This document shows positions 54,406 to 64,000 of a stretch of 64,000 nucleotides of DNA, piece after piece. Position 1 is the stretch's first letter. The number at the start of each line of letters is the position of its first letter. Location: NCBI GenBank assembly GCA_964016885.1, contig OZ024743.1:331080001-331144000 (forward strand), read 5' to 3'. A program made the position numbers and the translations under genes. This DNA is from Eledone cirrhosa. Lineage: Eukaryota. The notes beneath the pieces are model-generated. The model saw nothing but the letters and a program-made list of their open reading frames with translations. It was not told the DNA's origin and made no database searches.

Positions 54406-55836
54406 CTATATATACATATAAATATATATATATATAGAGAGAGAGAGAGAAAGCTATATATAGAGATATACACACATAAAGAAAGTCCTCTACAGATTAA
54501 TCAAAGGAATCAAAGGAAGGCAGGAATTGTTATTTTTGTTGTAATATCTTTTCCAAGAGATTTCCAGTCTGGCTGAGTCTGTCATATATTCTTCATCACT
54601 ATTTAATATTTAGTTAGTAGGTAGCAAGTTGGTAGAGTTGTTAGAACACCAGATATATTATTTTACCAGTTCTCATTATGCTGCTCTGATCTTAACTCAA
54701 TTCCCAGTGAACCCAATTTGGTCTTATATTCAAAGGCATGTAGCTAGCTTAGTTGGATTTACAATAGTGAGAATGTGAGTTTCATTCCCAGGCAGAGCAA
54801 TGCATAGTGTCTTTGAGCAAGACATTTACTTTTGCAAGTATTCAGTCTTCCGCTCTAATCTCTGAGTGCAATATTGCTTTTATTTGAAGACATGTGTTTT
54901 GCTTAGCAGTTAGGGAGCTGGATTTGCAATTGTGGAGGATGTGAGTTTGATTCCCGGGTAGAGTGATGCATGGTGTTTTGAGGCAAGATGCTTTACTTGA
55001 CATTGCTACTTCTGCCAGGAGTTGTGACTGGTAGATGGTATCAGCATTTGGAAAGACCAATGGAAACATTGTTTACTTTGTCTAATGTGATGAGTTCCAC
55101 CTCACTTGGTAACTGAATGTTTGGGATCTTGCCAATTCGGATCAAAATCCTTCATCCTTTCAGGAGCCAACATATAAAACACCAGTAAAATACTGGTGTT
55201 GCTTCTTGTTCTGTCTGTCTTTCTCTCTGGAAGAAGTTGTCTGTAGTTAGATGTGAAGAGTGGCGGACTCTGAGAGGTTTAAAATGCCCAGTACACACTG
55301 TATGTCTTGATGATAAGATTCAGATTATTCCCTCAACATTTGAGGTAAGGACTCCATGAGCTTCAAAATGCCCAATAGACACTGTATATCTTGATAATAT
55401 CTTGATAACATCACTGTATATCAAGCCATAGAAGGAAAGATATTTAGATTGGAATGTATTTACTTAGTAAGAACAACCTTAAGAAACTGAACCTTATGGA
55501 GAAGACAACTGAACTCACTGGTGATATGCCATAATGCAAAAGACCTATCACAAGTATACTAAACACTGTTGACACTAAAAAGTAAATGTGGTGATAGACC
55601 AGAGGCTACAGTGTTTCACAACTGAAATCAAATGGGTTCAACATAAAGTTGAAGAAGACTCTCCAGTCAGGTCTAGTGCCATGATGAAATGCACCCAGTA
55701 CACCCTGTAAAGTGTTAGTGGAATATAATCAGCAAGATTGGTCTCTCTGGCCAGTCTGGTAACAGACTATGACAACCTGTCTAACCAATGCCAGTGTACA
55801 GACCTGACGTAAAATTATAATTATGATAAAGATAAA

Positions 55837-56055
55837 TTTAGTTAGTAATATATTTAGTTAGTGATATATTTAGTTAGTGATATATTTAGTTAGTAATATA
55901 TTTAGTTAGTTATATATTTAGTTAGTTATATATTTAGTTAGTAATATATTTAGTTAGTTATATATTTATTTACCAATATATTTAGTTAGTAATATATTTA
56001 GTTAGTTATGTATTTAGTTAATAATATATTTAGTTAATAATATATTTAGTTAGAA
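55837..56055. repeat. 18-bp tandem repeat (tttagttagtaatatat-type)
   Basis: Direct inspection. Confidence 0.85.
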
Positions 56056-56289
56056 AATTTCTAACAAGTTATTGATTTAAGTTTATTTTTTTCATTGTCT
56101 GAGAATATGGAAAGAAGGAAACAATATTTCCATTACCCACCCTATCTGCCAGTCACAACTCCTAGCAACAATGTGAATTAAAGTATTTTGCTCAAGAACA
56201 TAATACACCACCAAGTGAGTCCAACACTGTAACCACTTGGCTTTCACAAAATATGGAAAAGAGAATATCTTTATATAATTCTTCTTCTT

Positions 56290-56625
56290 CTGTCTCAAGC
56301 TAGGAAGCTCATCAGGCCAGTACTTACCCTGGTTTCAGGGCATCAAGTGACTCAGAATACAAGACTCTCCCATGGACAGGACACCAGCCCATCAAATGAT
56401 TAAAGTCTGTCTCAAGCCAGGGAGTTCATCAGGCCAGTACTTACCCTGGTTTCATGGCATCAAGTGACTCAGAATACAAGATTCTCCCATGGACAGGACA
56501 CCAGCCCATCAAATGATTAAAGTCTGTCTCAAGCCAGGGGGTTCATCAGGCCAGTACTTACCCTGGTTTCATGTCATGAAATGACTGAGAGTACAAAACT
56601 CCCTCCTGGGCAGAACGCCAGTTCA
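56290..56625. repeat. ~119-bp tandem triplication at the end of a SINE-like element
   Basis: ctgtctcaagc...catcaggccagtacttaccctggtttca occurs three times. Confidence 0.8.
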
Positions 56626-59600
56626 TCGCAGGGTTAAACCCCCAGCTATTGCTGGTACTTATTTTAAGCTGAGTATACTGGAACAACATGAAATGAAATG
56701 TTTTGCTCAAGAACACAATACACAACCCAGCCCAGGAATTAAACCTACGGCATTATGATTGTAAGTCTAACACCCTTACCACTAGGCCACACACCTTCAC
56801 ACCTTTATATACAGAGTTCTGTGAATTCAAATTACAAGATGGAATTGTAACCGCTACATATAAATTACAAAACTGTGTGATAAAACATTTGACACAAAGA
56901 AATAAATGATAAATGTAGAGTGAATTTAACCTTGTGTGAGTGTGTGTGTGTGAGAGAGTGTGTGTGAAGGGGGCTCTTTAACTCTTAACATCCTGCAATG
57001 ATCTAGCAGAAAACCTATAAAAACAGGTTTGGTCATTAAAATCTTTATAAGGTCTTTATTGGTGGACAGATTATTGTGAAAGTTTGAAATATTAGTTTAA
57101 AGGCTTCAATGTTTAATGTGATGCAGTAGAGTTAATTGCTAAAATGACACTTCTGTGATGTAATAGTTTTAGTTTCAACACAAAGTTGCAGATCAATTGA
57201 CTTGCAAGGCAAGTACAACTGTGGCTAAAGTGGCTCTTCCATGATGGAATTGTTTTAGTTTAAACAGCCAGTCTCAAATCAAGTCACTTGCCAGACATGT
57301 TCAACTGTGGCTAAAATGACTCTTCTATGATGTAATTGCTTTAGTTTCAACAACTAGTCTCAGATCAAGTCCCCTGACTTGATCTCACTCAAGTCCCAAG
57401 ACAAGTACAACTGTGTCTAAAGTGACTCTTCCACAATGAAATTGCTTTAGTTTCAAGACAAAGTCTCGGATCAAATCCCCAGACTTGTACAACTGTGGCT
57501 AAAATGACTCTTCCATGATGTAATTGCTTTAGTTCCAACACACAGTCTCAGATCAAATCCCCAGACTCAAGTCCCCAGACAAGTGGCTAAAATGACTCTT
57601 CTATGGAGTAATTGCTTTAGTTTGAAGACAGTCAGATAACTCTCACTCTCATATGGTGGGAGTGAGGGGGGATAATATATTTATTTAAGCTGTAGAATGG
57701 AAGTATATTTAGATAATAGTGATTAACTCAATCCTTCAACACTTAACCTTAACATATTAACAGATTTACTTTAATATGACTTTGAGGATATCAATAACTA
57801 GAATAATTCTCAATTTTCACAGAAATAACATCATCTCTTTCTTCTTGAAACATTCACCTCACATATAATATTGCTCCCTCTCTCACACACATTAACCTTC
57901 TTTCCCTCTCTCTCTCTCACACACACACATTAACCTTCTTTCCCTCTCTCTCTCTTACACACACACATTAACCTTCTTTCCCTCTCTCTCTCTCCCTCAC
58001 ACACACATTAACCTTATTTCCCTCTCTCTCTCTCTCTCCCTCTCACACACACATTAACCTTCTTTCCCTCTCTCTCTCCCTCACACACACACACATTAAC
58101 CTTATTTCCCTCTCTCTCTCTCCCTCCCTCTGACATGCACATTAACCTTCTTTCCCTCTCTCTCTCTCCCTCTCACATGCACATTAACCTTATTTCCTTC
58201 TCTCTCTCTCTCACACACACATTAACTTTCTCTCCTAAGCTCTCTCTCTCTCTCATACACATTAACAAACGACATTCCTTACTCTCTCTCTGTATATATC
58301 TCTTGCTCAGCACCCCCTTCTCTCTATATAGACAAGGGGGACGTCATAACTTTCTGTCTATCTACCTCTATCACTCACCTCAAAAACACACAACATTCTC
58401 TTTTCTCTCTCTCTATCATCATCATCATCGTTTAACGTACACTTTCCACGCTAGCATGGGTTAGACGGGAGTTGTCCCACTTGAGGCAAGATTGGTCGGG
58501 TGACCATGTCTCACTTGTATAGGACTGTCTGGCAGGTATTCTACGGCTGGATGCCCTTCCTAACACCAACCACATTTACAGTGTGGACTGTGTGTTTTTT
58601 GTCGTGACACCTACACAACCTCATTTATTTAGGACTGGATGTTGTGGTACCAACATAACATATATATAGAAAGGGGTGGTGTGGATGGGGTGGGGGTAGT
58701 GGGACGAGGGTGTATATACATATCTCTCACTTGCTGCTCAAGTGAGAAACTGTATATATATATGTTGATGGAAGCGATGGAGTGGGGAGACCCAAGAAGA
58801 CCTGGGATGAGGTGATAAAAGCAGACCTTGCCCAATTGCACCTCTCAAAGGCGATGACACAGCACCGTGACCTCTGGTGTCACTAAGTAATACAGAAGAC
58901 CTGACTTCCCACGAGTACAAGCCAGAGCTGAAGCATATAGACAATATGTCCCCACCCCCTCTCACTGTAGGTGTCACAACAAAAATCACCCCCTTTCCAC
59001 ACTGTAAAGTGGCCATGTAGGTGCAACGGTAAAAAGCACCCAGCACTCACTGTAAATGAGGTTGGTGTTAGGAAGGGCATCCAGCTGTAGAAATCAAGCC
59101 AAAATCAGTTCCTGTATGAGCAAGACAAGGTCCCCTGACCTGGAATTGTCCACAACCAGACAACCCATCTAACCCATGCTAGTGTGGAAGAATGGATGTA
59201 AAATGATAATGATGATATAATCTAAAGTCTGTCTCAAGATATATATAATCCAAGAGGTATAGATAATAATAAGAGAGAGAGGTATAGATAATAACTGTTT
59301 CTACTTTAGGCACAAGGCCAGCAATTAACCAGTGTATTACTGGTACTTTATTTTATCGACCCTGTAAGGATGAAAGGCAAAGTCAACCTCAGCGGGATTT
59401 GAACTCAGATCGTAAAGGGACGTAACTATGCTGGAAAGCATGGCGTCCGACCCTCTACTGATACTGCCAATCCACCGCTAGGTATAGATAATAACAACTG
59501 CTATATAGAGGATAAAGAGAGAATATTGATAATATGGAATGAACCTCCATTGGTTTCCACAATGAACTGTTCCAGTTTTTTTGATCAACAGAACTGCTTG

Positions 59601-59941
59601 CTCATGACATTGATATGTAAGTCACGAAGCATTCCAGTTGACAGGATTTCAACTTAGACAGCAGAGAGCTAGAACAAATACCTGCAAAGAATTCTATCTG
59701 ATGATCTAATAACTCTGCAAATTTGTTACTATGTGGAGAGGAAGTCAGAGAGCAAAGAAAAACAAGAGGTAGGTGTAGGAGAAAAAGAGGATAAAAACAG
59801 AACCTTTTTATATATCCAAATGGTCACAGTGAGTATTTGTCTACCTTTCTTGTTAGTAAGAGTTGGATGGGTTATTACACACCAAGTCAGTACTTTGTTG
59901 GAGTCCTCAACCTCTCAAACAGGTTGGTGACTACATCTCAC

Positions 59942-60215
59942 CAGGGCTGGATTTAATGGGGTCAATTGCCTCGAGCCCCCCTGCAGTGGGAGTTCCCACC
60001 AGCGACGGCTGTAGCAATTTAATTTATGCCCTCTGCTGGGCTTTTTAGTTTTAGAATGGCTAGAATTTTTGAATTTAATACTTGTATGTATAACTTTTCA
60101 ATTCTAATTACTTGCGTCAAGCAAACTTTGATATGTAAAATTGGGAGGTTGCTGTGTATTCTAATTTTTTGTGTATGAGAGGCCTTGGGCCACCTAAAGT
60201 CTAAATCCAACGCTG
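59942..60215. mobile_element. hAT-type MITE
   Basis: TIRs cagggctggattta / taaatccaacgctg (2 mismatches in 14) with a perfect 8-bp TSD catctcac. Confidence 0.88.
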
Positions 60216-60607
60216 CATCTCACATCTGTTTCTACAGTCTGCAGAGAACACTGTGTTTTATCATGATGTCAGCATTAGGGAGGTTGTCATATCTTTGACA
60301 CAACTGAAGAGTCCTCTCAACTCCTTGTTTGGCAAGTTTTCGATAGCCTGCTGGCTGCCCTTATCTCCAGCCACTTTACAGAATGTATTAGGTGTGTTTT
60401 ATAGTGTCATCAACACTGGAAAGGTTACTGTCCTCATAATATAACTGGTATGAGTTCATATACGTTTTTATAATATTTGCAATGTATTATATACTTTGAA
60501 TTGAAGTTTTATAGTTCAGTAGAAAAGACATGTGCTGGGTTTTAATGTCATATTTTCATCTAGTATACATGATGTTTAAACATTAGAGAACAAGGGAAGT
60601 AACTCAC

Positions 60608-60705
60608 CTATTTTTGAACAGAAAACGAATTGTGCTATTAGAGTCTATTTTCCCTGAGTGACTGTCACGGAAAGCTTGTTCCCATTTTGATATAACATCG
60701 CAGAC
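60608..60705 (-). CDS. PLEKHH2: Exon (98 nt, phase 0/2) of the PLEKHH-like gene
   Basis: ttacag...gtgagt boundaries. VCDVISKWEQAFRDSHSGKIDSNSTIRFLFKN(R) matches the family pattern CD.ISKWEQA...KNR and is in frame with both neighbouring exons. Confidence 0.9.
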
Positions 60706-60843
60706 CTGTAAATAATAAAATGCAATATATATATATATATACACATACATACATATGTAAAAAGTAAACAAAAATAACAAAAAAAATGACATAGCATATC
60801 AAAGAAATATATTAGTTTAATCCTTGAAATGGCAGGAAAAGAG

Positions 60844-60879
60844 TCTTAACGTTTCAGACACTAGTCCTTCATCAGAAGA
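60844..60879 (-). ncRNA. Minimal HHR variant (extra A)
   Basis: tctt-CTGATGA-a-ggac(tagt)gtct-GAAA-cg-TT^aaga. Confidence 0.6.
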
Positions 60880-60991
60880 TAGAATTAGAAATAAAAATAA
60901 AATAGAAAGTTAAAGAATGAGAAGAGGAAAGAATGGGAAGAAAAAAACGAATATATATGATGATATATACACCCATACATACATATATTAA

Positions 60992-61141
60992 TTTCAATCA
61001 GGACAAATTTTTATCATAAAAAATAATTTTACCTGTTCATAAAAAAATGTAATATGTGTCATCAGGTGTAAAGAAGACTACATAGGACAAACAAACTTTA
61101 CCCTCAGAAACAGATTTACTACCCTCAGGTCTCAAATAATT
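60992..61141 (+). pseudogene. Penelope-like GIY-YIG endonuclease remnant
   Basis: FQSGQIFIIKNNFTCS*KNVICVIRCKEDYIGQTNFTLRNRFTTLRSQII fits the PLE pattern FTC.S.NVIY.I.C..C...YIGQT..LR.RF. Confidence 0.7.
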
Positions 61142-61209
61142 GTTCCCCAGCCCCGCTTGTTAAAATTTCTGATTATTTCTAAACCACGTGCTCTTATTCC
61201 ACCCCACCA

Positions 61210-61790
61210 GCTGTGCACCTTAGAGAGACTGTGCATCTATGCACCTTAGAGAGACTGTACATCTGTGCACCTTAGAGAGACTGTACATCTGTTCACCTTA
61301 GATAGACTGTACATCTGTTTACCTTAGAGAGACTGTACATCTGTGCACCTTAGATAGACTGTACATCTGTTTACCTCAGAGAGACAGTACATCTGTTTAC
61401 CTCAGAGAGACTGTACATTTGTGCACCTTAGAGAGACTGTACATCTGTGCACCTTAGAGAGACTGTACATCTGTTTACCTTAGAGAGACTGTACATCTGT
61501 TTACCTTAGAGAGACTGTACATCTGTGCACCTTAGAGGGACTGTAGATATGTTCACCTTAGATAAACTGTACATCTGTTTACCTTAGAGAGACTGTACAT
61601 GTGTGCACCTTAGAGAGAGACTGTACATCTGTTTACCTTAGAGACTGTACATCTGTGCACCTTAGAGAGACTGTACATCTGTTCACCTTAGAGTGACTGT
61701 ACATCTGTTCACCTTAGAGTGACTGTACATCTGTTCACCTTAAGGGGACTGTACATCTGTTTACCTTAGAGAGACTGTGCACCTTAAAGG
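61210..61790. repeat. 26-bp minisatellite
   Basis: ctgtacatctgtgcaccttagagaga units. Confidence 0.92.
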
Positions 61791-62379
61791 CACTTTTGCC
61801 TGGAACTGTTTTAACTCTGTTGGTATTTGGTCATGTTAGACAATAGTCCATATTTACTTACAGACATAGATGTACATACATACACACAGAGCTACAGATG
61901 CACTTACAACCACACACAAATGTACATATAAACACAAGAAGATGCTAGTAGTAGTGGTGGAGGTGATGGTAGTAATGGTGGTGTTGGTAATGGTGTTATC
62001 AATGATGCTAGTAGGAATGGCGGTGGTGTTGGTAGTAGTACTGGTTGTGGTGATGGTAGTAATAACGGTGTTGTTATTAGTTGTAGTAGTAGTACTGGTG
62101 GTGGTGATGGTAGTAATAGCAGTGGTGGTAGTGGTTGTAGTAGTAGTGGTGGTGATGGTGTTGTTAGTAGTGCTGGTATTGGTGATGGTAGTAGTAGTGT
62201 TAATGGTAGTAGTATTGGTGGTGGTAATGGTAGTAGTGGTGATAGTGTTGGTAATGGTAGTAGTGGTGATGATGGCAGTGGTAGTAGTGAAGGTGATTGA
62301 ATTGGTATGGTAGTGCTGGTAGTATTGATGTTAATAGTGGTAGTAGTAGAAGTAGTAGTAGTAGTAGTGTGAAACTTAC

Positions 62380-62535
62380 CTTTACTTGGGATGGGAGGCA
62401 ATGCTCAATGTCCTGGCCCGTTGGGTCATCAGTAAATAGAGCAAAACCTGATTCCTTGATGTCCCGAATATAAAGGGTTTTACGAAGACTTTGAAGAAGT
62501 TCTGTAACAGTGGTGGAGCCATCAAAACTGACTAC
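62380..62535 (-). CDS. PLEKHH2: Exon (156 nt, phase 0/0) of a PLEKHH1/2 (MAX-1)-like MyTH4-FERM protein, FERM F1 lobe
   Basis: AG/GT-bounded (ttccag...gtaagt). Translates VVSFDGSTTVTELLQSLRKTLYIRDIKESGFALFTDDPTGQDIEHCLPSQVK, matching the recalled PLEKHH pattern VVGFDxSTTV...SGFALFTDDP.G.D.EHCL. Symbol denotes the family; the paralog is not resolvable. Confidence 0.9.
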
Positions 62536-62619
62536 CTGGAAAATAATTAAAACAAACAAAACATTAGTAAATTAGAAGTTTAAAATATTCATAATATTCA
62601 CAATAGGAGTTCCTTCTCC

Positions 62620-64000
62620 TAATAGACTCATAGGGGTCCCTTTAACTTCTGATAGAGTCGTAGGGGTGTCTTTAACTCCTGATAGAGTCGTAGAAGTGTC
62701 TTTAACTCCTGATAGAGTCGTAGGAGTGTCTTTAACTCCTGATGGAGAGGTAGGGGTGTCTTTAACTCCTGATAGAGTCGTAGGGGTGTCTTTAACTCCT
62801 GATAGGGTCGTAGGGGTGTCTTTAACTCCTGATAGAGTCGTAGGAGTGTCTTTAACTCCTGATGGAGAGGTAGGGGTGTCTTTAACTCCTGATAGAGAGG
62901 TAGGGGTGTCTTTAACTCCTGATAGAGAGGTAGGGGTGTCTTTAACTCCTGATAGAGAGGTAGGGGTGTCTTTAACTCCTGATAGAGAGGTAGGGGTGTC
63001 TTTAACTCCTGATAGAGAGGTAGGGGTGTCTTTAACTCCTGATAGAGAGGTAGGGTGTCTTTAACTCCTGATAGAGTCGTAGGGGTGTCTTTAACTCCTG
63101 ATAGAGAGGTAGGGGTGTCTTTAACTCCTGATAGAGAGGTAGGGGTGTCTTTAACTCCTGATAGAGAGGTAGGGGTATCTTTAACTCCTGATAGAGAGGT
63201 AGGGGTGTCTTTAACTCCTGATAGAGTCGTAGGGGTGTCTTTAACTCCTGATAGAGAGGTAGGGTGTCTTTAACTCCTGATAGAGAGGTAGGGGTGTCTT
63301 TAACTCCTGATAGAGTCGTAGGGTGTCTTTAACTCCTGATAGAGAGGTAGGGGTGTCTTTAACTCCTGATAGAGAGGTAGAGGTGTCTTTAACTCCTGAT
63401 GGAGAGGTAGGGGTGTCTTTAACTCCTGATAGAGAGGTAGAGGTGTCTTTAACTCCTGATAGAGAGGTAGGGGTGTCTTTAACTCCTGATAGAGAGGTAG
63501 GGGTGTCTTTAACTCCTGATAGAGAGGTAGGGGTGTCTTTAACTCCTGATAGAGTCGTAGGGGTGTCTTTAACTCCTGATAGAGAGGTAGGGGTGTCTTT
63601 AACTCCTGATAGAGAGGTAGGGGTGTCTTTAACTCCTGATAGAGAGGTAGGGGTGTCTTTAACTCCTGATGGAGAGGTAGGGGTGTCTTTAACTCCTGAT
63701 AGAGAGGTAGGGGTGTCTTTAACTCCTGATAGGGTCGTAGGGGTGTCTTTAACTCCTGATAGAGAGGTAGGGTGTCTTTAACTCCTGATAGAGTCGTAGG
63801 GGTGTCTTTAACTCCTGATAGGGTCGTAGGGGTGTCTTTAACTCCTGATAGAGAGGTAGGGGTGTCTTTAACTCCTGATAGGGTCGTAGGGGTGTCTTTA
63901 ACTCCTGATAGAGAGGTAGGGGTGTCTTTAACTCCTGATAGAGTCGTAGGGGTGTCTTTAACTCCTGATAGAGAGGTAGGGGTATCTTTAACTCCTGATA
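62620..64000. repeat. 30-bp minisatellite running off the window end
   Basis: tttaactcctgatagagaggtaggggtgtc units. Confidence 0.95.

Noticed and set aside
56290-56555. CTGATGA motifs on the minus strand
   Set aside because: Followed by GAGA rather than GAAA, with no consistent stems; part of a SINE-like end.
62666-63781. SLTPDREVGV repeat ORFs
   Set aside because: 30-bp intronic minisatellite with frameshifting 29-bp units.

Overview
AT-rich, microsatellite-dense eukaryotic DNA. The repeat landscape suggests a coleoid cephalopod such as octopus; this is an inference, not checked by search. The only recognisable host gene is a minus-strand MyTH4-FERM protein of the PLEKHH1/2 (MAX-1) family, seen as three in-frame FERM exons at 62380-62535, 60608-60705 and 49200-49341. 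The rest appears intronic or intergenic. It holds one intact RTE LINE (APE + RT with a C4HC3 PHD finger inside the RT region), a decayed CR1-group LINE, many tRNA-derived SINEs, hAT and mariner remnants, an LTR pair in inverted orientation, and several minisatellites including a duplicated multi-kb AGC/AGT/AAC satellite. The most notable signal is about nine type I hammerhead ribozyme (HHR) motifs, three of them structurally intact. Several sit in tandem or inverted repeats typical of Penelope-like elements (PLEs) or retrozymes, and one lies next to a GIY-YIG remnant. All calls were made by eye, and repeat boundaries are approximate.
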